DNA of 64,000 bases from a virus: the IMG/VR virus record IMGVR_UViG_3300030202_003496, positions 10,781-74,780 of that record; one strand, written 5' to 3'. The notes under the pieces are model-generated. The model searched no databases, was not told the DNA's origin, and saw nothing but the letters and a program-made list of their open reading frames with translations. Position 1 is the first letter of the stretch, and every line of letters begins with the position of its first letter. Made by a program: the position numbers and the translations under genes. Shown here piece by piece: positions 8,729 through 18,016 of this stretch.

Positions 8729-10759
8729 ATGGGAATATCATTAAAAAAAGAAGGAAATAACCTTTGTCTTACTGTATCATTCTATATAGATGTTGGAGTA
8801 TGGTCTGGAACAATTGCACTTTCTAAAAGATGTATAGATTTAAGCTGGCTATTCAAAGCAGTCGATTGGGTAAAAGAACAATACAATAAAGTTAAAAATT
8901 GGGTAGACGAACAAATAGCAAAGCTTATGGCATTTTTAGGCTTTCCAACATTAAACTTTTTTGTAACATGGGACTGGTTCGAAACAATATGTGTTACAGA
9001 TGGACTTTCTACTGTAGGTAAAGATTATGAGGCAGGTGCACTAGAAGCCTCAGGTCTTCAAGCAGATGACAGGTTTAGTAAAAATGTATGGAGATTAGAC
9101 AGTACAGGTGTCACACTAGGATATCCTGATGGTGATTTATTTGCGTCAACAAATCCTTGGGTGTGTATGTTACCTGGGATGTCACATTGGGATGTAGCAG
9201 TATCTTTAGGTGAACTGGAAGATGCAGAAGATGCAGGTATCAAAGCTACATCAGGATTCGATTCGCTACCAAAATGGAATGGTGATATAAAACAAATATT
9301 GTTAAATACAGGATATATATGGGAAGTATATCTTCAATCAGAAACAATCAACGATTTTGTAATGAAAGTTGCAGAAGGAGTCAATGATGCATGTGGTGGA
9401 TTCTGGGACTTAAAACTTGTTGAGGACCCGTTAGACCCATCAAGGTTAATGGTTGTAGATATGAAAGCTGTTAACTCTCAAAAACAAATACCTGTTTTAG
9501 ATTTAGGTACAGTATCAGGAGACTATGCCGCTGGCTTTGACGATGGAATGCACGGCAGGTCAGTTGCAAGAGAGTGGGGTATGACATCTGATATTGATGA
9601 TTCTATAAAACACTCTATAATGATGGGTTCTAATGCAGGTTCTGACACTTCGCAAAACACAAGCGAGCCAACAAAGGTATGGTCAATATATGGTCAGAAA
9701 GTTACAGATAGAATGTATAAAGGATTAAGTTGCAATCCTGATTGTGCAGAAGAATCAAAGCGGGATAAAAATACAGACTGCTCAAATTCAGAAGGTGAAA
9801 AATCAGATTCAACAATAGAAGAAGATTTAGGTAAAGCTATGGAAGAGTTAGCTGATGATATTACAGATGAATCTATAGATACAGCAACAGCTGCAATGAA
9901 GACATATTATTCAGGTAAAAACGAACAGTCAACTGCAGTATCAAATAAAGATGTTGTAATACCTATAGGTTTTGATGCTACATTTGACGGAATAGGGATG
10001 CTTTATTGGGGAGAGTCATTTGCAGTAAAGCAGATTGTCGATAATTCTTTACTACCTAAAGGGCATAGATTTATGATAACTGATATTGGCCACGAGATAA
10101 ATAGAACTGATTGGACAACTAAAATTCAAACACGAATGGTTCTACCTCAAGAAGGAGCTTCACCAAGATATACAGGTGGTGGCTCTTCTGGTGGAGGTGG
10201 AAATACTCAAAGTTCATCAGCTACAGGTGGTAAAACAAAAACAACTAAAAACCCTGCAATTAGACAGCCTGTTGCAAATGAATTGAGAAAATGTATGGAT
10301 GATTTAGGACCTAACATTTATGAAAAAGGAGTGGAGATAGATAACGGTGGAGATATTACAGAATGCTTAAGAGACTATGCTTGTTCATTCTTTACATATA
10401 TTTCAAAAAACTATCCTAACCTTAAAATAAAAGTAACAGGAGCAAACGATGCTTTTCACCACACTCTAAATTATAAAAGTTCACATACTTCAGGTGATGG
10501 TTTAGATTTTATTGTAACGCCATATAGTAATGCAAATCTTGATATTGTTGTAAAAGCATTAGGAGGTTTTCATAAAGGAGCTCCAAGTAAATATCACTGG
10601 ATAGATGAATATAGAAAGCCAACTGCTAAAGCGTCTGGTAAACACATGCATATGAGATGTGGAGTGGATACAAAAATGGAGAAGAAGTTAGGACACGGTA
10701 AAAAAGCAATAGCAGACGCATCTGTACCTAAATTAACAGTAACACCTTATGTTGCATAG
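8729..10759 (+). CDS. Baseplate hub protein C-terminal part fused to an M15-like peptidoglycan peptidase
   Basis: Likely start is ATG 8729 (the track starts at 8693). Hub end 'FMITDIGHEINRTDWTTKIQT', Gly/Ser linker, then SSHTSGDGLDF...HMH zinc-peptidase motif. Confidence 0.6.
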   Translation: MGISLKKEGNNLCLTVSFYIDVGVWSGTIALSKRCIDLSWLFKAVDWVKEQYNKVKNWVDEQIAKLMAFLGFPTLNFFVTWDWFETICVTDGLSTVGKDYEAGALEASGLQADDRFSKNVWRLDSTGVTLGYPDGDLFASTNPWVCMLPGMSHWDVAVSLGELEDAEDAGIKATSGFDSLPKWNGDIKQILLNTGYIWEVYLQSETINDFVMKVAEGVNDACGGFWDLKLVEDPLDPSRLMVVDMKAVNSQKQIPVLDLGTVSGDYAAGFDDGMHGRSVAREWGMTSDIDDSIKHSIMMGSNAGSDTSQNTSEPTKVWSIYGQKVTDRMYKGLSCNPDCAEESKRDKNTDCSNSEGEKSDSTIEEDLGKAMEELADDITDESIDTATAAMKTYYSGKNEQSTAVSNKDVVIPIGFDATFDGIGMLYWGESFAVKQIVDNSLLPKGHRFMITDIGHEINRTDWTTKIQTRMVLPQEGASPRYTGGGSSGGGGNTQSSSATGGKTKTTKNPAIRQPVANELRKCMDDLGPNIYEKGVEIDNGGDITECLRDYACSFFTYISKNYPNLKIKVTGANDAFHHTLNYKSSHTSGDGLDFIVTPYSNANLDIVVKALGGFHKGAPSKYHWIDEYRKPTAKASGKHMHMRCGVDTKMEKKLGHGKKAIADASVPKLTVTPYVA

Positions 10760-10768
10760 GAGAATTAA

Positions 10769-11479
10769 ATGTTAGTATTTAAGGAAAAACATATAACATA
10801 TGATTGGACAAACGATAATTCATTAGTATTTGTCAAAGGTGATATGAAAGGGCAGATATATAATGGCCCGATAATGTTATATTTCAATAAGATATTTGCC
10901 GGCTCAAAAATGACAAAAGAAGTTGCAAAATGGAATGCTTTACAGCCTGCTGATGCGGGTGGAGATGCCGAGTATGATTTACTAAAACCTAAGTACGCCG
11001 ACAAATTTAATTTTCCAGTAGACAATCCCACAGACCCTACACGAAAAGAAATAAAAGAAGGTAAATATAAAAAATACTTTGTAGAATATTGCGGAGATAT
11101 ATGCGAGGTTAATAAATGGGACTATAAATATTTTAAGAAAAATTCTACTCCATATCACAAAGCAATAAAAAAGGTAGAGCTAGAATTAGGATTGAGTGTT
11201 TATGATATAGATAAAAATCTTGCAGCAATTGCAGAAGGTCGTAAAATAATAAAAGACTTAGATACGAGAATATCACCAACAGCTTATATGCAAGCAATTG
11301 AAAACTTAAATACAAAAGGCGGAGAGTTAGAATATGACGATGGAGCAGAGTATGTAGGTGATTATCATATACACCCTGAAAAAGGCCCTATGGTTGGAGC
11401 ATATCATACAGACGTATATCACCATAGATTATATTGGACTCGAAAAACAAGATATGTGCCTAAAGATTTAGTACCATAA
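10769..11479 (+). CDS. Hypothetical (virion-associated) protein
   Basis: 236 aa, AGGAG RBS, 'YVGDYHIHPEKGPMVGAYH' motif; end of the tail operon. Confidence 0.6.
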   Translation: MLVFKEKHITYDWTNDNSLVFVKGDMKGQIYNGPIMLYFNKIFAGSKMTKEVAKWNALQPADAGGDAEYDLLKPKYADKFNFPVDNPTDPTRKEIKEGKYKKYFVEYCGDICEVNKWDYKYFKKNSTPYHKAIKKVELELGLSVYDIDKNLAAIAEGRKIIKDLDTRISPTAYMQAIENLNTKGGELEYDDGAEYVGDYHIHPEKGPMVGAYHTDVYHHRLYWTRKTRYVPKDLVP

Positions 11480-11486
11480 ATTTTAT

Positions 11487-11510
11487 TATATCACAATTTT
11501 TTGTTATATT
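11487..11510 (+). promoter_or_regulatory. 24-bp phage promoter-like motif, copy 1
   Basis: TATATCACAATTTTTTGTTATATT; one of about 10 intergenic copies. Confidence 0.6.
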
Positions 11511-11516
11511 ATATAC

Positions 11517-12524
11517 ATGTTAAATGAAACCAAAGAGCTTCTTAAAACAAAGCACTATTTATATCACAATAAACAAATAGAAGAAAGTACAATTGAACTT
11601 CCTATAAACAAGTTCTATAAAAGGTTGTATGGCGATAGATATAACATCTATGATATTATACCTCAATGCAAACAAGAAGAAGAAATAGAGTATCTACGCT
11701 CTCTCTCGCATGCTTTAGAGGGAGTGCCTGATAAGGATATTTTAGACTACAATGAAAATATAGTGGCCACCTTTAGAAAAATTGAAGAAAATGGTTTGTA
11801 TACAAATGATGGTATGGAATATACTAAATATAATGTATATACAACTACAGGAAGACCTGCCAATTCAAATAATGGTATAAATTATGCAGCACTAAATAAG
11901 GAAGACGGCACACGTAAAAAATATATAAGTAGATTTTCAGGTGGTTATTTGGCAGAATTTGACTATGACGCATATCATTTAAGACTAATAGCTTCATTGA
12001 TAGGTATGGAACAGCCAGAAGGTAGTTTTCATAAATACTTAGGTAAGCTATATTTTGATTCTGAAACTCTTACAAAAGAACAATATAATGAATCTAAAAA
12101 AATAAGCTTTCAAATACTTTATGGCGGTATACCAAAAGAGTTTTTGAGAATAGAATATTTTAATAAAATTTCATCATACATTTCTGAGCTATGGGATATT
12201 TATAATAGAAAAGGTTATATAAAAACACCAATATTAAATAGAAGGTTATATAAAAGGAATCTAAATAATATGAATCCTCAGAAATTATTTAATTATTTAA
12301 TACAAGCTTATGAAACAGAGATGAACTGTAAAGCAATTAAAAATATTTTTGAGTTATTAGAAAACTATTCTAGTAAAATGATACTATATGTATACGATGC
12401 TTTTATATTTGATATAGCTCCAGAAGAAAAAGAGTTATTAAATAAAATTAAAGATTTAATGTCATTCCCTTCTAATCTTAAAGTTGGTAGAGATTATCAT
12501 ACTATGAGGTCTTTGGACCTTTAA
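11517..12524 (+). CDS. Family A DNA polymerase-like protein (polymerase domain only)
   Basis: TTTGR, motif A FDYDAYHLRLIA, motif B SKKISFQILYG, NYLIQ, motif C variant VYDAFIFD; only 335 aa. Confidence 0.75.
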   Translation: MLNETKELLKTKHYLYHNKQIEESTIELPINKFYKRLYGDRYNIYDIIPQCKQEEEIEYLRSLSHALEGVPDKDILDYNENIVATFRKIEENGLYTNDGMEYTKYNVYTTTGRPANSNNGINYAALNKEDGTRKKYISRFSGGYLAEFDYDAYHLRLIASLIGMEQPEGSFHKYLGKLYFDSETLTKEQYNESKKISFQILYGGIPKEFLRIEYFNKISSYISELWDIYNRKGYIKTPILNRRLYKRNLNNMNPQKLFNYLIQAYETEMNCKAIKNIFELLENYSSKMILYVYDAFIFDIAPEEKELLNKIKDLMSFPSNLKVGRDYHTMRSLDL

Positions 12525-12556
12525 TTTGATATTTATATAGATATAAAGGGAGTATT

Positions 12557-13750
12557 ATGAATTTTAATCATTTAGTTAGAGAATGGGCATATAGGGTAAA
12601 TGATGGTATGCCTGACCCTAAAAAACGAAGTCATCTTGAATTATTAGAAGATGTCTTAAGACACTATAAATATAGCGAAAACTTTATATCTTCATACATT
12701 GATAGCTTAGAAAATATAACAGAAGCTAATCTTGCTGGTCGTACAACAAACTATAAACAACCAACAGGTGCATTTTACAAATATGTAGAAATGAATCCTA
12801 AAAATGACCAGCCATTTAAGGCAGATAAAAATGCTGTGTTACTAGATGTCAATACTCAAGCAAAATCAATTGAAATCAAAAAAGGTGAAACATTTGATAT
12901 GGTCACTAAAAAAGAAAAAGAATTGATTAAAATTGGTAGGTCTTATTATTGTAAAATTAGATATAAGAAAAAGCCATATCTGATTGCAACAAGTGCTATA
13001 CTTAAACCTACAGGAAAACAAGTTGATTTTATAAAAGCTGATTTAACACAGAAAGTAAGAGGTGGCGTATTTAGAGATTTTAAGCCAGGTATCATACATG
13101 AAAAACAAATTGTAATGTTATTTGTTAACGGCTCAGGTGGAAATTGGGAATTTCAGCACAATGGAAAAGAATATCATATTGAAGAATTAGGTGACCCTGA
13201 GTGGAAAGGTAGAGGTATGCCTAAAACAGATGTATACGTAAGATTAAGACAGGCTGTACCTAAGTTTGGAAAAGAATTAAAAATAAGTCTAAAACAAGAT
13301 AATGCAGTATTTATTGATAGCTGGATGTTACCACAAAGATTTGAAGCTTTAGCAGGTAAGTCTGGTGCAAAAAAGATAATTTTAGATATGCTTAAGAAAG
13401 TTCAATCAGGAGAGGTTGGAGTAAGAAGTCCATTTATGTATTGGTTTGTTAAAGACAGAGCATATAATGGTCCTGAACTTTCAGCTGAGGCAAAATATGA
13501 AGCAGGTTCTGGTGAAAAGAAATTTGGAAAATCTTCACCAGCTGCATCAAACTGTTTTTTCAAAGGAGGTGTACCAAAGGATATTACAACTTTAATTAAA
13601 AATCTACAACCAATATCACAAGCTATAAAAAAAGCAGGCTATGCTACAAGAGGATATGGCTCTGATGGTAATGGAGCTTGTTATTTTAAGAACGAAAAAG
13701 GCGAGTGGAATGTAACACCAAAATGGAAAGCGTATTTCGGGATTAAATAA
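12557..13750 (+). CDS. Hypothetical protein with a probable C-terminal PD-(D/E)xK-like nuclease domain
   Basis: PKTDVYV...ISLK motif resembling restriction-endonuclease folds; TATTTATA motif upstream. Confidence 0.45.
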   Translation: MNFNHLVREWAYRVNDGMPDPKKRSHLELLEDVLRHYKYSENFISSYIDSLENITEANLAGRTTNYKQPTGAFYKYVEMNPKNDQPFKADKNAVLLDVNTQAKSIEIKKGETFDMVTKKEKELIKIGRSYYCKIRYKKKPYLIATSAILKPTGKQVDFIKADLTQKVRGGVFRDFKPGIIHEKQIVMLFVNGSGGNWEFQHNGKEYHIEELGDPEWKGRGMPKTDVYVRLRQAVPKFGKELKISLKQDNAVFIDSWMLPQRFEALAGKSGAKKIILDMLKKVQSGEVGVRSPFMYWFVKDRAYNGPELSAEAKYEAGSGEKKFGKSSPAASNCFFKGGVPKDITTLIKNLQPISQAIKKAGYATRGYGSDGNGACYFKNEKGEWNVTPKWKAYFGIK

Positions 13751-14151
13751 TGAAAACTCAATTATTATGTACATTTACAAAGACAAAGTTATTAACTAAG
13801 ACAGTAGATAGAATCATACAGGCTTATGATATATTATACAATAAAATATTTGTATTGAATAATGAAGAAAACAGTAATGAATTGATGTGTACATATAATA
13901 TTGACGCTTCAATAAAAACAGAAATACTTCCAGATACAATATCACTACATAGAAAAAAGCAGACAAATACTTTGTATACTATAAATGCACTTAATGAATG
14001 TATTAAAATAGTTAATAATGGTGTATTAGATACATCGTACCAATTAGATTGGGAAAACTATAGAAATAGTATATTGGTTACAAATGACGAAGGTTTACGA
14101 AGAATCGACACATCTATAAAAGAAGTCGTACATATAAAAATTAAAAAATAA
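13750..14151 (+). CDS. Hypothetical phage protein
   Basis: 133-aa ORF translationally coupled to the previous gene (TAATG). Confidence 0.7.
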   Translation: MKTQLLCTFTKTKLLTKTVDRIIQAYDILYNKIFVLNNEENSNELMCTYNIDASIKTEILPDTISLHRKKQTNTLYTINALNECIKIVNNGVLDTSYQLDWENYRNSILVTNDEGLRRIDTSIKEVVHIKIKK

Positions 14152-14168
14152 TTGCTGAAAAATTTTTA

Positions 14169-14192
14169 TATCTCGGAAATTTTGCGTATATT
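14169..14192 (+). promoter_or_regulatory. 24-bp promoter-like motif
   Basis: TATCTCGGAAATTTTGCGTATATT, identical to the copy at 35697. Confidence 0.7.
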
Positions 14193-14236
14193 TATATATA
14201 AATAAAAATTACTTAATAACAAAAGCGCAATAACGA

Positions 14237-14581
14237 ATGAAACAATTGACACTAGCGATAGTATTATTTTTCGCAGGCCAGACACTAATATGGCTACAGA
14301 CCAATGGACAATTTCTTTGGAAATGGTTTGACAGAAATCCACTAATTTTATCTATATCATTTGGGACGATAATTTCGTATATGTTTATATATGCGACAAA
14401 ACATGTTGTAGGTCACTTTGATGGATTGTTGTGGCCAGGAAGATTTATAGGATTTGGTACAGGTATGATATCATTTGTATTATTAACTTGGTTTTTTATG
14501 GGTGAAGGCATAACTACAAAAACTGCAATATCACTTGTATTAGCAACAACTTTGGTATGTATACAAATTTTTTGGAAATAA
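14237..14581 (+). CDS. Small 4-TM membrane protein (DMT/SMR-like)
   Basis: Four hydrophobic segments in 114 aa; 'GEGIT.K' before the last helix. Confidence 0.55.
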   Translation: MKQLTLAIVLFFAGQTLIWLQTNGQFLWKWFDRNPLILSISFGTIISYMFIYATKHVVGHFDGLLWPGRFIGFGTGMISFVLLTWFFMGEGITTKTAISLVLATTLVCIQIFWK

Positions 14582-14587
14582 TTTCTC

Positions 14588-14611
14588 TATGTCAAATAAA
14601 TTTATTATATT
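14588..14611 (+). promoter_or_regulatory. 24-bp promoter-like motif
   Basis: TATGTCAAATAAATTTATTATATT, 7 nt before the uvsE ATG. Confidence 0.65.
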
Positions 14612-14618
14612 ATAGAAT

Positions 14619-15632
14619 ATGGCAAAACAATTAGGATACGCATGTATTAACATGCAATTACGTAAACAAGGTATTTATACAGGTCGCTCAATGATTAGAC
14701 GTACATTCGATACTAAAGGTCTAGGCTATGTATCAGAATTGTGTATCGAAAATACCAAAGACTTAATAAAAATCATACAGTGGAATGAGGACAACAACAT
14801 CAAGGTTTTCCGTATGTCATCGGACATATACCCTTGGATGTCGGAATACGAATTCAAAGATTTACCAGGTTATCATACAATCTGTAAACTCCTCAAACAG
14901 GCAGGTGACCTTGCTCAAGGCTATGGCCACCGCTTGTCATTCCACCCAGGTCAGTTTACTGTACTGGCTTCACCTACACAAAAAACAGTGGAAGGTGCTT
15001 GGAACGAACTTGACAAATCTGCACAAATCATGGACCTTATGGGTTTACCACGCACACGTATGGCAAAAATCAATATTCATGTTGGCGGTGCGTATGGAAA
15101 CAAGGAAACTGCTCTTATCAGGTTCTGCAAAAATTTCGATAAATTATCAGAATCAGCAAAGTCTAGGCTAACAGTGGAAAACGACGACAAGGCATCAATG
15201 TACTCTGTATTGGATTTATATAACGGTGTATACCAAAACACAGGTATACCTATTGTATTCGACTACCACCACCACAAATTTTGTACCGGCGGTCTTACTG
15301 AGGAAGAAGCACTAAAGCTTGCTGCTTCAACATGGAATGTAAAACCTTGCACTCATTATTCCGAATCACGTAGGCGCGAGCAATCATTGATTGTAGAAAC
15401 ATTCCTTAAAAACAGCAACATAACATTAAACGAAATTAGCAATTTTCCTACTATGGAAAAAATGTATAAGGAATGCCAAAAAATTAAAGTACAGGCACAC
15501 TCGGATTTAATTGTAGACGAAATCAACGACTATGGTTTGGATATCGATGTTGTTGTCGAGGCCAAGCACAAGGAATTGGCAATTGAAGGTTATAGAAAAA
15601 AATATGAAAAAAAATTAGCAAAAGTTTTTTAG
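14619..15632 (+). CDS. uvsE: UV damage repair endonuclease UvsE/UVDE
   Basis: LGYACIN, FRMSS, HPGQF, VENDD, FDYHHH, HSD and EAKHKE motifs. Confidence 0.92.
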   Translation: MAKQLGYACINMQLRKQGIYTGRSMIRRTFDTKGLGYVSELCIENTKDLIKIIQWNEDNNIKVFRMSSDIYPWMSEYEFKDLPGYHTICKLLKQAGDLAQGYGHRLSFHPGQFTVLASPTQKTVEGAWNELDKSAQIMDLMGLPRTRMAKINIHVGGAYGNKETALIRFCKNFDKLSESAKSRLTVENDDKASMYSVLDLYNGVYQNTGIPIVFDYHHHKFCTGGLTEEEALKLAASTWNVKPCTHYSESRRREQSLIVETFLKNSNITLNEISNFPTMEKMYKECQKIKVQAHSDLIVDEINDYGLDIDVVVEAKHKELAIEGYRKKYEKKLAKVF

Positions 15633-15684
15633 ATTAAGAAAGTTTTGTTATATTATAGTAATAATTAAAAAACAGGAGAAAACG

Positions 15685-15861
15685 ATGGCAGTATCAATTC
15701 AGGAATTGCAATCAATTTTGGAAAATATACAGACTGATGTAGACAAATTCAACAATGGAAATATGTCAGCTGGTACCAGAATTAGAAAAGCAATGCAAGA
15801 AATTAAAGGTAAAGCGCAAGACCTAAGAAAAGATGTGCAAGAAATTAAAAATAATAAATAA
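15685..15861 (+). CDS. Small histone H1-like (Hc1-like) nucleoid protein, 58 aa
   Basis: MAVSIQELQSILENIQTDVDKFNNGNMSAGTRIRKAMQEIKGKAQDLRKDVQEIKNNK; 'KF..GN.SAGTR.RK' motif; AGGAG RBS; below the ORF-track cutoff. Confidence 0.75.
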   Translation: MAVSIQELQSILENIQTDVDKFNNGNMSAGTRIRKAMQEIKGKAQDLRKDVQEIKNNK

Positions 15862-15879
15862 TAATTAAAGGAGAAAACG

Positions 15880-16635
15880 ATGGCAATAGATTTAGATGCA
15901 ATCAGACGTAAGTTGAATAACTTACAAACACAAACAGGTAGACAAGATACTTTATGGAAGCCTGAACCAGGTAAGCAACAAATTAGAATTGTTCCTTATC
16001 AATTTAATAAAGACAATCCATTTCAGGAATTGTACTTTCACTATGACTTAGGAAAGAAAAATTATCTTTCACCTATCACTTATGGTGAGGCAGACCCTGT
16101 AGAGGAATTTGCTCAAAAACTTAGAGCTACTGGAAAATCTGATGATTTTCAATTAGCTAAAAAACTTACACCTAAGATGAGAGTTTATGTACCTGTATTA
16201 GTTAGAGGTAAAGAATCTGAAGGTGTAAAACTATGGGGATTTGGTAAGCAGGTTTATACAGAATTATTAGGATTCATTGCTGACCCTGACTATGGTGATA
16301 TTACAGATGTAAAATCAGGTAGAGATGTTTCTGTAGAATTTACTCCAGCTGAAGGAGCAGGACAGTTTCCTAAAACTTCAATTAGAGTAAAGCCTAACCA
16401 AACAGCAGCTACAGAAGATTCTAATGTTGCAGAAAAAATCATCAATGGTCAAAAAGATATTTTTGAAATTTTCAGAAAAAATTCTTATGATGACTTAAAA
16501 GCTGTATTAGCAGAATGGTTAGACCCTGAAAGCTCTTCTGAAGAAGAAGCAAAGCCAGTTGCAACAGCAGCAGCAACAGGTGTAAAATCAACTGAAAATA
16601 TCGAATCTGCATTTGATGATTTATTTAACGAGTAA
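15880..16635 (+). CDS. Single-stranded DNA-binding protein (T4 gp32-like)
   Basis: WKP..G...IRIVP, LWGFGK.VY, DITD..GRD, acidic C-terminus (FDDLFNE); next to recA. Confidence 0.8.
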   Translation: MAIDLDAIRRKLNNLQTQTGRQDTLWKPEPGKQQIRIVPYQFNKDNPFQELYFHYDLGKKNYLSPITYGEADPVEEFAQKLRATGKSDDFQLAKKLTPKMRVYVPVLVRGKESEGVKLWGFGKQVYTELLGFIADPDYGDITDVKSGRDVSVEFTPAEGAGQFPKTSIRVKPNQTAATEDSNVAEKIINGQKDIFEIFRKNSYDDLKAVLAEWLDPESSSEEEAKPVATAAATGVKSTENIESAFDDLFNE

Positions 16636-16646
16636 GGAGAAAATTT

Positions 16647-17777
16647 ATGGCAAAGGCAAAGAAAACAAATAGAGATGAATTAGCCAGTGTATTAGCTGAC
16701 TCATTAAACAAGCAGTTTAAGGGAATGAAAGTAGCATACTTTCTTGATGGTGCAGAAGATACACCAACAGACCTAACTGAATGGATAAGTACAGGTTCAT
16801 CTATTCTTGACCTTGCTATTTCTAATAGGCCAAATGGTGGTTTACCTGTAGGTCGAATTACAGAAATTACTGGAATGGAGGCTTCTGGTAAATCACTATT
16901 AGCTGCTCACTTACTTGCCAATACTCAGAAAAAAGGAGGGTTGGCTGTATACATTGATACAGAAAATGCTATGAATGAAGAGTTTTTAAGAGCTATCGGT
17001 ATTGATATTTCTAAATTACTTTACATCCAACTTGAAACTGTAGAAGATATTTTTGAGGTAATCGAAAATATTATTCTTAAAATTAAAGAAAGTGATAAAG
17101 ATAGACTTGTATCAATTGCAGTGGATTCTGTTGCGGCAGCAACCACAAAAGTTGAACAGGCTCAGGATTATGACAAAGAAGGTTGGGCAACATCAAAAGC
17201 AATTGTACTGTCAAAAGGTATGAGAAAAATTACTCAGCTAATTGGTAGAGAGCGAGTGGCTTTAATCTTTACAAATCAATTAAGACAGAAGCTTGGAGTT
17301 ATGTTTGGTGACCCTTGGACAACAAGTGGTGGAAAAGCAATACAGTTTCACGCATCATGTAGATTAAGATTAAAAGCAGCTGGTCAAATTAAAGCGAAAA
17401 TTGCAGGTAAAGAACAAACAATAGGTATTAAAACAAAAGCAGTAGTAGTAAAAAATAGAATGGGTCCACCATTACGTACAGCTGAATTTAACATTTATTT
17501 CGAGTCAGGAATTGATGATACAGGAAGTTGGTTACAAGTAATGAAGGATTATAATTTGTTGAAACAAGGCGGCTCTTGGTATACTTATAGTTGTGATGTT
17601 ACAGGTGAAGACATTAAGTTTTTATCTAAGGATTTTGAAACTAAGGTGCTTTCAAATCCTGAAAGAAAAGAAAGTATATATAACAAAATTTGTGAAACAA
17701 TGGTTATGTCATATAAAACTGATGATATTGGAATTGATGATATCGAAATTGGAGAAGATGACGTACCAGTAGGATAA
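16647..17777 (+). CDS. recA: RecA/UvsX recombinase
   Basis: STGS..LD, GMEASGKS Walker A, YIDTENA, DSVAA, FTNQLR, KNRMGPP. Confidence 0.93.
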   Translation: MAKAKKTNRDELASVLADSLNKQFKGMKVAYFLDGAEDTPTDLTEWISTGSSILDLAISNRPNGGLPVGRITEITGMEASGKSLLAAHLLANTQKKGGLAVYIDTENAMNEEFLRAIGIDISKLLYIQLETVEDIFEVIENIILKIKESDKDRLVSIAVDSVAAATTKVEQAQDYDKEGWATSKAIVLSKGMRKITQLIGRERVALIFTNQLRQKLGVMFGDPWTTSGGKAIQFHASCRLRLKAAGQIKAKIAGKEQTIGIKTKAVVVKNRMGPPLRTAEFNIYFESGIDDTGSWLQVMKDYNLLKQGGSWYTYSCDVTGEDIKFLSKDFETKVLSNPERKESIYNKICETMVMSYKTDDIGIDDIEIGEDDVPVG

Positions 17778-17994
17778 TAATAATCAAACGCGTGGTGGAA
17801 TGAACAGCGGCAGGACATATAAAATCCTAAAGTTGTTCTCGGAAGACACCTTCCTAAGGGAAGTAAAATGAGGCAGTAGCGCTGACCCAATGTTCTTAAA
17901 GAGTACAAGGACATATAAGGCTTTTTTTAAGTTTTTAGCCTCACAATTGGTACTTGAAAAACTGTTGGTTCGAATCCAACCGCTGATTATTATT
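17776..17994 (+). ncRNA. Structured tRNA-like RNA with large insertions (not a canonical tRNA)
   Basis: T-arm GTTGG-TTCGAAT-CCAAC (17964-17980), Leu-type D-arm ends TGGTGGAAT...GGAAGACAC, a 14-bp closing stem and several internal helices. Confidence 0.55.
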
Positions 17995-18016
17995 TTTTAT
18001 TAAAAAGGAGAATAAA

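Noticed and set aside
14619-15632. uvsE looks richer in C-ending codons than its neighbours, a possible recent acquisition
   Set aside because: Impression only, not quantified; no mobility signatures, and it has the phage promoter motif.
17790-17990. Canonical tRNA-Leu or tmRNA call
   Set aside because: No 7-nt anticodon loop, bulged acceptor-like stem, no CCA and no convincing tag ORF; kept only as a tRNA-like ncRNA candidate.
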